A DNA stretch of 64,000 bases from an uncultured delta proteobacterium (lineage in GTDB: Bacteria > Myxococcota > Myxococcia > Myxococcales > Myxococcaceae), in assembly GCA_963713045.1 (NCBI GenBank), contig CAVQKE010000001.1:1-64000 (forward strand), read 5' to 3'. The position numbers and the translations under genes were made by a program. Every line of letters begins with the position of its first letter. The first letter of the stretch is position 1. Under the pieces are notes generated by a model. That model did not search any database. It had not been told where the DNA came from and saw only the letters and a list, made by a program, of their open reading frames with translations. Positions 1 through 12,563 of this stretch are shown piece after piece.

Positions 1-93
1 CCTTGGATACACGGCGCTCTGGCCTGGAGGACGACCATCGGTTCATAATTACTGCTAGAGAGACAATCAGCAGAGGACGCGGAGGCACGAGTC

Positions 94-831
94 ATGCCGG
101 TTCACGACTGGACTCGCGTGAGTGCGGGCATCTTTCACCATTTCCACTTCGAGTGGATCGGTGACCTCTCGAGGCAATTGAACCGGGGGCTGCTGCCTCC
201 TGATTACTATGCCTTGGCCGAGCAGCTTGCCGGTGGACTGGGCCCCGACGTGCTCACCCTTCAGTTACCCGAGAATCGTGCCGCGGCGATCGCTGAGCCG
301 GCGGGGGGAATCGCTCTCGCCGCCAACCCACCGAAAGCGCGCTTCCGATTGCGGGCAGAGCCTGACGTCTACGCTGCCAAAGCGAGGACGGTCGTCATCC
401 GGCACGCCAGCAATCACCGGATCGTCGCGATGCTCGAAGTCGTCTCGCCGGGAAACAAGAACACGCGTCACGGCCTGCGCGCATTCGTTGACAAGGCTGG
501 ACAGATCCTGAGGGCGGGAATCCACCTGGTGATCGTCGACCTGTTTCCCCCGGGCCCACGCGATCCCCAGGGCATCCACAAGGCAATCTGGGATGAGTTC
601 ATCGAAAACGACTTTGCCCTACCCTCGGACCGAACGCTGACCCTGGTCTCTTACATCGGCGGCACCTTTCCCGAGGCGTTCGTTGAACCGGTCGAGGTCG
701 GCGCCACTCTGTGCGACATGCCGATGTTCCTCACCCCCGAGGTTTACATCCCCTTGCCGCTGGAAACGACTTATCAGTCGGCGTGGGAAGCCGTACCGGC
801 ATTCTGGCGAGACGTCCTCGATGCACCGTGA
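94..831 (+). CDS. DUF4058 family protein (planctomycete-expanded nuclease-fold family)
   Basis: N-terminus MPVHDWTRV..GIFHHFH and EVVSPGNK motif typical of DUF4058. Confidence 0.85.
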   Translation: MPVHDWTRVSAGIFHHFHFEWIGDLSRQLNRGLLPPDYYALAEQLAGGLGPDVLTLQLPENRAAAIAEPAGGIALAANPPKARFRLRAEPDVYAAKARTVVIRHASNHRIVAMLEVVSPGNKNTRHGLRAFVDKAGQILRAGIHLVIVDLFPPGPRDPQGIHKAIWDEFIENDFALPSDRTLTLVSYIGGTFPEAFVEPVEVGATLCDMPMFLTPEVYIPLPLETTYQSAWEAVPAFWRDVLDAP

Positions 832-1159
832 CCCTGGCAGGCTGCAAAGTTGGCCTTGACCGCCCTCTGATCCCGGCCGCTTTCGTTGCGATTTGTTTCG
901 TTCGGCGAGGGTCGCCAGACCACTGCCGTGAACATCTTCGAGACCGCGAGGAATTGCTGGGAAAACCGGGAAATCTCTCGGTCTGGCGACTGTACGATGA
1001 ATTCCTTCGGGGCATAGTCTGACGGGTCTATCTCTCGAGAAACCAAGGTCTGACTCAGAGGCCCCCCATTCTTTTTTCCTCCCCGAGGTCGCGGCTTTGC
1101 CGGGCGCAATTCAGTGATGGCCCGTTTCCCCTCCTTCACGGGTGGTCGCTGGCCGACGA

Positions 1160-1521
1160 TCAACTCCAGTGATTCAGGACGTGGATGTTGTCGACGACCG
1201 CCACCCCAGAAGACTCCAGGTTCCCAATCGCCGTTGCAATTGCACGCTCGGTCAGGTTGTGCCGCGGATCGTTGTCGAATCGGACGACCAGGATACCCGG
1301 GTGGTGGCCGACGACTGCCATGACGAGGTCGTGCAGATCGGCGAAGTCTTCGTGGTCTCGGGTCAAAACCGGGCGGTCCTGAGCGACAGCCCAGGCCAGC
1401 ACTCGAGCATCGCTGACCGACCCTAGACCGACATCCGAGGCAAGCAGAACGTCGTGCCCACCGACTGCAGCCGGGCGGCCAAGCGGCGGCTACTCATATT
1501 CTCATCGATCAGGACCCTCAC
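1160..1521 (-). CDS. DUF5615 PIN-like toxin, with a 1-nt frameshift near 1457
   Basis: GTG at 1521 gives MRVLIDENMSSRRLAARLQSVG; the next frame continues HDVLLASDVGL..SDARVLAWA..VLTRDHEDF..HPGILVV. The start overlaps the antitoxin stop (GTGA). Confidence 0.8.
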
Positions 1522-1811
1522 GACTGCGTGGGCCGATCGAGGCCACGGGCCCGGACGTCAGCGGCCTCGCGGTCCCGCTCTGATTCGATTAACGGCAGGT
1601 TGTTCGCGACGTAGTCGAGCGCCTCGCGGACCGCTTCCAGGGGCACGCCGTAATCGCGAGCGAACTCCTCGGGCATATAAGGGTCGGGACCGTGGACGGC
1701 CTCATAAACGACCGCGGCGCGAATGCGGCGACCCTTAAGGAAAAGCTGGCGATAGTTGGAGCCAGGTCGCGGCTCCAGGTGCTGGTATCGTGCGGCGGTC
1801 GATGTCGCCAT
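1518..1811 (-). CDS. DUF433 family antitoxin
   Basis: LFLKGRRIRA..PEEFARDYGVPLEAVREALDY; GGAGG RBS upstream; coupled to the PIN gene. Confidence 0.8.
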   Translation of the reverse strand: MATSTAARYQHLEPRPGSNYRQLFLKGRRIRAAVVYEAVHGPDPYMPEEFARDYGVPLEAVREALDYVANNLPLIESERDREAADVRARGLDRPTQS

Positions 1812-1939
1812 GGCTGGTCCTCCAATGATCCAGGACCATTCTACCACTACTTCCTCGGGCTAAGAAGCCCGACCAGGTGTGTAATCGATCGAGTGCGTGC
1901 TTCGGGACAGAAAGCGCACTTCTGAACTAGAACAGAGCA

Positions 1940-1987
1940 GAAACGGAGCAACAGCTAGAATCAATAACTCGCTGCGTCCCTGTTTCC
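1940..1987. repeat. REP/REPIN-like palindrome, diverged inverted copy of 25669-25717
   Basis: Shares cagctagaatcaataact.gctgcgtccc.gtttcc with the reverse complement of 25669-25717. Confidence 0.65.
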
Positions 1988-1988
1988 A

Positions 1989-2160
1989 CGGACTTTTCTC
2001 TATCAGTTGCGGCTCCAGCCTATCAGGCCATGGATACCCAACTCAACGCCCCGCCAACACTTCCTGTCCGCGCTCGGACCGTTGCTGGCTGCTTGAACTC
2101 CGCGTTTCTCGGACTTTTCTAGACCAGTTGCGGCTCCAGCTTTCTGGCCATGGATAACCA
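1989..2160. repeat. Two imperfect ~52-bp direct repeats (1989-2040, 2110-2160)
   Basis: cggacttttct...cagttgcggctccagc...ggccatggata.cca occurs twice, about 120 bp apart. Confidence 0.75.
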
Positions 2161-2592
2161 GGTGACGTGCCAACGGTCGGGGACTGGGAGACCGTCGGTC
2201 GAAAGGGACGAGCCGGTCAGGAGACCCTGCTCGAACCAGGGCAACAAGTCCGATAGGAAAGAGAATGCCCGTCAATCGCAACTTTGCAGCATGTCACCGT
2301 GACCCCCCGCAGGAGATCCGCTTCGAGATTTGGCCGGATGTCTCATCGCTCCTGTGAATCTTGAAGATTTGATGTATCGGGTGACATGCCGGAGGTCATG
2401 CTTTAAGATTAGTTGCACAATGGGTTTCGCTCCAGCAATGAAAGGACTGTGTCCAGCTTTTTTCGCAGGCTCTGTTATATTATAATGGAATGAGTATTCT
2501 TCGCCGGGTCGCCACGGATTTCCGGCAGGCCCGGATGAAGCCGCCAGACGAGGACGTGATCCTGGCGGGCCGGGAATGACCGCGGGAGTCGC

Positions 2593-3417
2593 GTGATGGA
2601 GACCGCCTCGAGCGTACACGGTCTTGGCGAGAAAATCGTCTACGATTGCATCGTGATCAGCGATCTGCACCTGGGCAGCGACGTCTGCCAGGCGAAGCTA
2701 CTCGAGGAGTTCTTGACCTGGGCGGTCGAGCACTGCCGCGAGCTTGTGATCAACGGCGACATCTTCGATGATCTCAACTTCAAGCGGCTCACGAAGCGGC
2801 ATTTCGCCTGTCTGAAGGTCATCCGCCGCAACACCGACCGCGACGACATCCGGGTCGTGTGGGTTCGGGGCAATCACGACGGCCCCGCCGACACGATCAG
2901 CCACATCGTGGGCGTCGATATCCTCGACGAATACGTCTTCGACAATGGCGAGATCCAGCTCCTGATCCTGCACGGCGACCAGTTCGACACCATCATCACC
3001 GACTATCCCTGGCTGACCGAGATTGCCTGCGGGATCTTTTACTTCATCCAGAAATTCATGCCCCACCGCGCCGCGCGATGGATTCGCCGGATCACCAAGC
3101 GGTGGCAGCGCAACAGCGAGCTGATCATGCGGCGTGCTTCCGAGTATGCCGCCAGCCGCGGCTTCCGGTTCGTGACCTGCGGTCACACGCACCTGCCGCT
3201 GGTGGCCGAGCCTGACGGCGTTCTGTACATCAATAGCGGCTCCTGGATCGAGGCACCCCCCTGCCCGTTCGTCGTCGTTCAAGGCAACCAGGTCCGGCTC
3301 GAACAATGGCCCCTGCCGCACCTGGCGGCCGGCGAAGAGCCGGTGGCCGGGGAAGAGCCGGTGGCCGCATTGCCTTCATCCGAGGCTGCCCCGCCGGCGC
3401 TTCCCGCTCTAAGCTGA
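2593..3417 (+). CDS. Calcineurin-like metallophosphoesterase (LpxH-like UDP-2,3-diacylglucosamine hydrolase family)
   Basis: SDLHLG, NGDIFD, GNHD, HGD and GHTH motifs. Confidence 0.85.
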   Translation: MMETASSVHGLGEKIVYDCIVISDLHLGSDVCQAKLLEEFLTWAVEHCRELVINGDIFDDLNFKRLTKRHFACLKVIRRNTDRDDIRVVWVRGNHDGPADTISHIVGVDILDEYVFDNGEIQLLILHGDQFDTIITDYPWLTEIACGIFYFIQKFMPHRAARWIRRITKRWQRNSELIMRRASEYAASRGFRFVTCGHTHLPLVAEPDGVLYINSGSWIEAPPCPFVVVQGNQVRLEQWPLPHLAAGEEPVAGEEPVAALPSSEAAPPALPALS

Positions 3418-3661
3418 GGCCGGTCCCAGATCGTCCGCCACGAGGACGAGGACCTCGAGTCACGAAATTTCTGGGCCCCGGACCTTCCGAAGGTTGTGTT
3501 TTCTTAAATCAACGTACCGGCCGCGAGAACGCTTCAGGGCTTTGCCGGTCGTGTTGGAGATGCTTGTTTTTGGTAGGCTAGCACAGGTCCTATTACGTGG
3601 GTGCATTGCCACGGGGCGAGTGCGGCCGCGTTGAACTTGGAGAGGATAGGAGGCTTCTGTC

Positions 3662-5196
<1,535 letters not shown>

Positions 5197-5200
<4 letters not shown>

Positions 5201-6566
5201 TCGAGGAGAACCAAGACTTCAACCTGGAAACCGACCACCTCGAAGAGGTCATCGAGTCGCCGCCTCCGGCCCAGCCAGTGGTTGTGATCCAGTACCGCAC
5301 GCGCGGCGTTCCCTGGTACCTGGTGCTGCCGCTCTTGGTGCTCGTACCGCTCGGCGCCGTGGCGGTCTATCACCGCGTTTCCTCGCGTGTCCGCTACCCG
5401 CTTGTGCCGCCCCCGTCGGCGGACCAATCGACCCGGAAGGCGGCGGAGAGGCAGGCCGTCCCGGCGCGCTCTCCGAAGCGTCGGTCAGCGCGGCTCTTCA
5501 GGGGCTGCCGTCTGCCTCGATTGGTGATTGGGGCGCTCCCCTGGCGCTCAATTCGCAGCCGATCGCCCCCGGATCGTTGCCTGCCGTCCTGCCCGCGCCT
5601 GCGCCCGCGGCCAAGGCGGATCTGACGAAGCCGGCGAGCCCGGCGGCCGCCACGCCGGCGGCGACGAAAGAGGGAGAACCCTCGAAGAGCGCCGGAAGTT
5701 CCGACCTTGCGAAAGCCGCGCCCGGTGTCACGGTCGCCAGCACTCCGCCACCCGCGGCGACTTTTGTGAAGGAGCCTGGGCCTCAGGCCGCCGCCACCAC
5801 TCCCGTGGACGCGACCCGCCCCGCCCCTCGAGGGACCGTGGCGATCGGCTTCTCGGTGCCGGCCGATAATGACAGCCCCTTCGCCGAGCTCGACATCTCC
5901 CGGCGTCTGCCGGCATCAACTCCAGATCAGGAACAGGCTGCTGCCAGCAACGGACCCGCGGCGGCGAGCGATCCGTCGCCGGACCGGCAGCCGCAACCGA
6001 CCCAGGACCAGCTTCTCCAGGACATCCAGGCCGAAGCGGCTGAGAAAAACGCTGAGCTGAAGCAACGTCGCGACCTCAAGGATCGCGCCCGCGAGGTCGT
6101 CGATTCCGAATCGCAGGCACGCGTCGAGGACCAGCGGGCCGCCTTCCGTCGCGACCTGCGCGAAGCCATCAAACTCAGCCGCAAGGAGGCCGCTACTCAG
6201 ATCGACGACCTCTGTAACCGGTACGGACGGAACTACAGCGACGAGCTCCGGAACAAGGCCAGATATTACCTGGAGCGATATGCCGGCAAGATGTCCCGCG
6301 AGGCCAAAGTTCGCATGCTTCGCCTTCACGGAGTTCCCGAAGCTGGTATTCTCGACTTCCTCGCCAATGAAATTCACCACATGGTCAATTCCCGCAACGG
6401 TCCCAGAGACTCGAACGAGGTTCGCATCGTTGCGGCCAAGCAATTACTGAGCATCAGGCTGGTCAAGGATGCCGGCGGCGCATCCAAGGAACTTCAAGCC
6501 CAGCGGGTCCGTCCAGCCGCATCCGCGGCCTCGAACTCCGCGGCTGGAAATGACCAGGTGCCCTGA
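5197..6566 (+). CDS. Membrane-anchored Pro/Ala-rich hypothetical protein, frameshifted near 5450-5470
   Basis: The TM-bearing ORF 5197-5625 overlaps the fumC stop; the low-complexity and coiled-coil part continues in the 5040-6566 frame. Confidence 0.65.
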
Positions 6567-6645
6567 CCACAACGTAGAATACCACGACCATGAAGCGGAT
6601 GCGTTTCGCTTTCATCCCCCTGCGACTCTTGGACGGGCCCGACTC

Positions 6646-8109
6646 ATGTGCTTTTCGCCACGCCTGGTTGCCTTAATTTTGACCTGTATTCTGCTCGCAC
6701 CTGCCCCGGGTCGCGGGGACGAGATCGACGCCAGCATGAAGGCCGGGACGAAACTCCTCGAGGAGGGTGACCGGCTTGCAGACGAGGGCAAGCCGGGCGA
6801 GGCCGTGATCCGCTACAAGAGCGCCTTCGAGCAGCTTCTACCCCGGTTGCGCAAGATCCCGTTCAAACACGAGGTCAAGCGCGACGTGACCAAGCGCGAG
6901 CAGTTGAAGGCCATGCTCGTGAAGGAGTTCGAGGAAGACCAGACTCCCGAGGAATTCCACGCGAACGAGATGGCCATGAAGGCGTTGGGCCTGGTGCCGC
7001 GGTCGCTGGACCTGAAGTCGCTGCTGGTCCAGGTGTACTCCGAAGAGATCGCCGCCTTCTACGACCCGAAGACCAAGACCATGCACCTGATCGAGGAGCT
7101 CGAGGCCAAGACCAAGGCGAAGCCCACGCTCCTGGAGCGGCTTTTCGGCAAGACGGGCGGCTTTGACAAGGATGAGAACAAGACGGTCATCGCGCACGAG
7201 CTGACGCACGCCCTGGCCGACCAGCACTACGACCTCGACAAGCTGCAAAAGGACGCCAAGCACGACGACGACCGCGCGCTGGCTCTTTCGGCCCTGATCG
7301 AAGGCGAGGCCACCCTGGCCATGATGGGCGCCGGGATGGACGACTGGGACGGTTCCAAGATCGTCAAGATGCCCGCCGGCGATCTCGATCGCGGTCTGAG
7401 CATGATCAGCCCGTTCATCTCGATGATAGGCGGCGGCAAGACCTTGCGTTCGGCGCCCCCGATCGTCTCCGAGAGCATGGTTTTCCCCTATTTCCGCGGT
7501 ATGGTCTTCTGTGCCGCTCTGGTCAACGACGGCGGCTGGAAGTCAGTGGACGAGGCGTACAAGAGCCCGCCCGTCTCGACCGAACAGATCATCCATCCCG
7601 AGAAGTATCGCTCCAAGCTTGACCTGCCCATGTGCATCGATCTTGCGCGCTGAAGCCGGGCGCACCCTGGAAGGAGCTGGGGCGGAACGTGCTCGGCGAG
7701 CTGCAGACCTCGATCATGCTGGGGCGAGCGGGCCCCAAGGCCGCGGCCGGCTGGGATGGCGACCGCTACGCGGTATTCGAGGGCCCCGCGGAGAAGCTCG
7801 GCCTGGTCTGGCTGTCGACCTGGGACGGCGAGGATGACGCCCGGGAGTTCGCCCAGGCCTATACCCGCTACCAGACCCGGCGGATGGGCAAGGACGCATG
7901 CCAGCCCGAGCGAATTCCCGACTCGCTCTGGCGCGTGCAGCGACAACGTCTGCCAGGTCGTCGAACGCCGCGGGCGGGACGTGGCCGTGATCGAGGGCTT
8001 CGCACCGGCCGTCACCGAAAGCTTGCTCGAATCTGCATTCAAAGCCAGCAAGGCCGAGTTCCGACCGACGCCACGCAAGGAACCGGAAGTCAAAACAACA
8101 GGAAAGTGA
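6646..8109 (+). CDS. Secreted HEXXH zinc-metallopeptidase-like protein, frameshifted near 7650 and 7935
   Basis: Signal peptide; AHELTHAL..EGEA; FPY..G; PPVSTEQIIHPEKY; continues as LGELQT..AAAGWDGDRY in the following frames. Confidence 0.7.
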
Positions 8110-8156
8110 CTTGCCGGCGTATTGATAAGTGCAAGGCCCGCTTTTCAGGAACCGGA

Positions 8157-8852
8157 ATGATGACACGATCTCTGTGCGGTCGTTTTGCCTTGCTCCTGGC
8201 GGGCGTGTTCGGCATCGTTTCGGCGAGTACGGCGGTCCAGGGGCAGGATCCGTTTGGAACTGCGCCGGATTCCGGGAACAGGGTCGAATCGTCCAGGGGC
8301 TCCAAGAGCGCAGCCAAGGAGCCCGAGCGGATATTCAGGACCAATGAAGAATGGCGGAAGCTGCTGACTCCCGAGCAGTTCATGGTCACGCGGATGAAGG
8401 CCACGGAGCAACCCTTCTCGGGCAAGTATGCCAGCGGCCATTTCAAGGGAACGTTTGTCTGCGTCTGCTGTGGTGCCAAGCTCTTCGACGCCAGCAACAA
8501 GTTCGAGTCGGGAACCGGCTGGCCCAGCTTCTGGAGGCCGGTGAGCGAGAAGGCTCTCGATACGGCCATGGATTACAGCGAGCCTGCCGAGGCGCGCGTC
8601 GAGGTCGCCTGCCACCGCTGCGGCGCCCACCTCGGTCATGTTTTCCAGGACGGTCCGCCGCCCACGGGACTGAGATACTGCATGAACTCGGTCGCGCTTT
8701 CTCTGGAGTCGGAGCAAGGCGTTCCCACTCCATCCCGCAAGTCGAGCCGCATGCCAGCATCGAAATCGACCAGAAAGGGCAAGACCTCGAACGGCGACAT
8801 CGCGACCAAGAAGCCAGACAAGCAGGCCCAAGCGACTGAGCCGAAGTTCTGA
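8157..8852 (+). CDS. msrB: Peptide-methionine (R)-S-oxide reductase with signal peptide
   Basis: SGTGWPSF, CxxC pairs, HLGHVF.DGP..TGLRYCMNS. Confidence 0.92.
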   Translation: MMTRSLCGRFALLLAGVFGIVSASTAVQGQDPFGTAPDSGNRVESSRGSKSAAKEPERIFRTNEEWRKLLTPEQFMVTRMKATEQPFSGKYASGHFKGTFVCVCCGAKLFDASNKFESGTGWPSFWRPVSEKALDTAMDYSEPAEARVEVACHRCGAHLGHVFQDGPPPTGLRYCMNSVALSLESEQGVPTPSRKSSRMPASKSTRKGKTSNGDIATKKPDKQAQATEPKF

Positions 8853-8886
8853 AAAATCCGGTGCGTAGTCGCAGGCTGGACGCACC

Positions 8887-9775
8887 CTACCGGTTCGATG
8901 AAGCGTGGCCGGCGGGTGTGGAGTTCGTAGCCACGTGTCCCTCGATCCAGTCGATCACGTCGCGAGCGTAACGGGTGGGATCAGGATCAAATTCCAACGT
9001 GTGATGACCCTCGGGGTATTCGATCACCTGCCGGTCGGTCGTCGCCAGCCTTTGAAAGTAAGCGAGGGTCTGCCGGTTGTCGACGATCCGGTCTTGGCCG
9101 GCCAGCATGAGCAGGGCGGGCTGCTTGACACGGCCCGGCACGCGCTGGACCAGTCTGTCGATCAAGAAGCTGGCGGCCAATAACGCGGCCGTGCCCTGGC
9201 GCAATCCCTGAGGGTCGGCGGCGATGAATGCCTGGGCCTCGGGATTGGCGGTGAAGAGGGCGGGGTCGGACAGGGGGATCGGGAACATTCTGCGGCGATT
9301 CGTGAGTACGGCCCAGGCGATCTGGAACTTCTCCGTGCGCGAGACGCCCACCCGGGGCAGCAGCCCGGGACAGATCAGGGCGATGCCGTCGACGAGCTCG
9401 GGATACCGCCGCCGCCGCGATGAGCACGAGCTTGGCCCCCCAACTGATTCCGGCCAAAATGATCGGCAAGGAAGGCTGCTGGTCGCGTAGCGACTCGAGC
9501 CACTCGACGATGTCGCGGACCAGCCGGCGCCCGGAGGGAGCGTGGCCGCGATCACGCAGGTTCGGACCCGAGCCGCGGCGATCGGGAAACGAGGCCTGAT
9601 ATCCCGCGGCGGCCAGCGTGCGGCCGAGCGAGTGATACCAGCCCGAGTGGCTTTGCACTCCATGAAGAACCACAACCCTCCCCTTGATCGGCGGCGCGGC
9701 GGACCAGAGGGCCACGTGGAACGGGTAGCCGTCGGAAGCCTCGAACGTGCGAGATTCGTTTTCCGGCTCAGTCAT
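8887..9775 (-). CDS. Alpha/beta hydrolase (lysophospholipase family), frameshifted near 9410
   Basis: HGVQSH, DRRGSG and GISWG in 8987-9775; GQDRIV and HHTLEF in the 8887 frame. Confidence 0.8.
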
Positions 9776-10982
9776 AAGTGATCTCGCTCCGTTGCGTGAC
9801 CATGCTTTCGAGAGCCCGGGGATCGACCTGGATTCCCAGCCCCGGACCCGCCAGTGGACAGGCCCAGCCGCCGTAGCCGAAGGTGATGTCCTGCCGCGTG
9901 ACGTTGGCCCTCAGGATGTGCCGGTCGTAGGACCCCTCGACCCAGCTCAGACCGTCGACGCGGCTGGCGACATGCCGGCCAGCCGCGGACAGGATGGCCG
10001 TCTCTCCCGGATGGCAGCCGAGCTGCAGCCCCAGGCCCGACCGCTGAGCCAGGCCGATGATCCGCAACGTGGGAAAGATGCCGCCACACTTCGAGAGCCG
10101 GACGTTGAACATGTCGGCTGTCGTCTCCTTGACCGCGGCCACCGCATCGGGATAGCCGCAAAGCGACTCGTCGAGCATCACGGGCACACCGAGCCGCCTG
10201 CGCAGGTCTGCGAGCGCCTGAACCTCGGCATGCGGGACGGGTTGCTCCAGTGCCGCGAGCGAGAACCGCAAGAGTGGCTGCACCCGGTCGAGCAGGTCAG
10301 CCGCGGGCCAGGCCTCGTTGGCGTCGAGCCGCAGATCGACGCGCGGCCCGAGCAGCCACCGGAACCAACAGACCCGGCGGACATCGTCCTGGCCCTCGAC
10401 GCCGACCTTCGTCTTCACATCGTGAAAGTGGTACACGTAATACTTGATTGCCGATCGCAGCTCCTTGCGCCAGGAATCGGCCGTGATCGCCGCCCCGTAG
10501 CGAACTTTCCTGGGGGCGGCAAACCTGCGCAAGCCGGGAACGCTCGCCAGCTCCACGGCGCGTCCCACGGGCTCGCCGAACACGCGACCGTAGGCGTCCA
10601 GCAAGGCCACCTCGAGTGCGCACCGACCCGCGTTGCCAGCCATGCCTCGAGAGTCGGCTTCGATCTCCGGAACCGTCAACGATTCCAAGCACCGCACCAC
10701 CTCGGCGAAATCGCGCGGCTGTCCGACCTTCCGGGCCCAGTCGTGCCTGGCCAGCGTGGCGAAGGTCGACTCGATCGTCTCGCCGGTCACGTACCGGCGC
10801 GGAACGCCTTCCCCATAGCCGACCTGGCCATTGGCCAGCTCGACCCGGACCACGAGGTTCTCGCTCTCGGTCCGGCTCTGCGAGGCGTGCTTGATCTCCT
10901 TTTTCAGCGGCACTCGCACGCGAAAAAGCTCGATGCGCTTGATTCTGGTGGTCAAGCGAACCGGACTGAGGACATCCATCAT
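9768..10982 (-). CDS. Enolase-superfamily enzyme (dipeptide epimerase / muconate cycloisomerase-like)
   Basis: GYGE, KTKVG, DANEAW, EQP, DES, SKCGG. Confidence 0.85.
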   Translation of the reverse strand: MMDVLSPVRLTTRIKRIELFRVRVPLKKEIKHASQSRTESENLVVRVELANGQVGYGEGVPRRYVTGETIESTFATLARHDWARKVGQPRDFAEVVRCLESLTVPEIEADSRGMAGNAGRCALEVALLDAYGRVFGEPVGRAVELASVPGLRRFAAPRKVRYGAAITADSWRKELRSAIKYYVYHFHDVKTKVGVEGQDDVRRVCWFRWLLGPRVDLRLDANEAWPAADLLDRVQPLLRFSLAALEQPVPHAEVQALADLRRRLGVPVMLDESLCGYPDAVAAVKETTADMFNVRLSKCGGIFPTLRIIGLAQRSGLGLQLGCHPGETAILSAAGRHVASRVDGLSWVEGSYDRHILRANVTRQDITFGYGGWACPLAGPGLGIQVDPRALESMVTQRSEITYD

Positions 10983-11965
10983 CTCGAACGACCGGGTTCC
11001 CATTCTCAAACCCTCCATCCTCCAACGAGCTCGGCCGGGAACGTTAGGCCTCCGGTGGGGGGATGACTTTCGCGTCGATCGCGCGATGAGCGCAACGTCG
11101 CAGCCGATCGACGCCAGATGTAACTTGTCGGCGTGCTGGTCATGGATCGTGAGACGCCACTGCTCTTTGTCCCGATCATGCCCCACGCCCCACGCCCAAC
11201 GCCCCACGCATTACCTCCCACATGGCACGCCCCACGCTCGTCGGGGCGGGGCCCGCCGTCGCTGCCCCGCGCCGATCTGGGTACAGCACTCCCCACCCGG
11301 CAGGAGACAACATGCTACGAGATGCTACGTTTGCGGGCTTGCTTGAAAATTTGGGAAACCATGTTTTCGACGCAAGTTCTTAAGAAATAGATAGTTGTGG
11401 CCATTTGTCTCTCGGCGCTCTTTTCGACGACAATTAACGCAACTGAATGGCAATAAAGGAGTTGCGTCATAAATAGTAACGTAGCCTTTTCCCGTAAAAG
11501 TCGCCTTTTTGCCCCCTTTTTGGGCCATTTTACCCCCATTTTGCCATCCCATCGGCTTTGAGAGCGGCAGGGGCCAGCCGCTATCCGGCACCCTAAGGAA
11601 AGAGAGTCGCCTCGTTCACTCTCGTGACGACGGTCGGGCCCGAACCACGTCCTGCCAGATCAACCCCGGGTGAACCTGGCCGCGCTGCGGGCCGTCAAGC
11701 GTTTGCAAGCCTTTCTTGCCCGACTGATCGACAAGTCGTGCGCAATCCGCATGTCGTGCGGCCAGGTTTCCTCGTGTCAATGAACACACACCCGCGCGCC
11801 GCCTTTCGGCATGGGCGGCACGCGGGCTTGTCTCTCACACCGAATTGCCAAAGCTGGTCAGCAGATCACGACATACATAGTGTACGACAAGATCGCCGGA
11901 CTGTTGCGAGCGTCTCCGGAAGAGTGAAATGAAGACGAGCTTGGAATTCAGCCTGCGGGGCCGCG

Positions 11966-12300
11966 TCATCGCGCCGCGCAGCCGCCCAGGTTCGCCAGGT
12001 GGTGCACGCCCAGACGCTCGGCGACTGCCCGCAACCGGGCTCGGCTGGCGGCGAAGAATCGGCCTAGCAGCCGGCCCGCGGCCAGCTTCTGCAACCGCGC
12101 CTGCCAGTTCTCGGCGGTGCTCCCCAGCCGCTCGAAGATGCCAGCCAGCTCACCGGAGATCACGGCTTTGCCCGCGCGGAACAACCGCCCGGTCTACTCC
12201 ACCAGGAGCAGGTAATTGCCCAGCGAGAATCCTTCGATGTAAGCACAGGTCGCCAGCAACGACTCCTCATCGAGGATCGCCACACTCTTGAACCGCGCTG
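11966..12300 (-). pseudogene. RAYT/Y1 transposase remnant with an internal deletion and a stop codon
   Basis: Minus strand reads RFKSVAILDEESLLATCAYI, then GFSLGNYLLLVE*TGRLFRAGKA. Confidence 0.7.
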
Positions 12301-12348
12301 CTTTGCATCCTTGGACTTTTTTGAATGGCCGGAATCGATCGATTCATA

Positions 12349-12470
12349 TTACCCTGGCACCGAAGAAGCTCATACGAACCCGACGCGCCAGCGAGGGGAG
12401 TGCCTCAGAGCCCTCGCTGGCGCGTCGGGTTCGTATGTGCTAAGGATGCGAAACTTTCTTGCCGGGGTAA
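12349..12470. mobile_element. 122-bp MITE, copy 1 (TTACCC...GGGTAA ends, flanked by TA, internal REP-like hairpin)
   Basis: Near-identical to the reverse complement of 18595-18715; long stem catacgaacccgacgcgccagcgaggg / ccctcgctggcgcgtcgggttcgtatg. Confidence 0.85.
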
Positions 12471-12563
12471 TAGCTCGACCGTCGGGGTCCGAAACTCGTG
12501 TCAAACCCACCGGTCCGCAACGGCCAGCAATTGCGCGAGCGGAAGCTCGAAACCAGGCAGTAA

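Noticed and set aside
7632..8852. 406-aa ORF suggesting a novel domain fused to MsrB
   Set aside because: The N-terminal part is the frameshifted tail of the upstream peptidase-like gene; MsrB has its own start and signal peptide at 8157.
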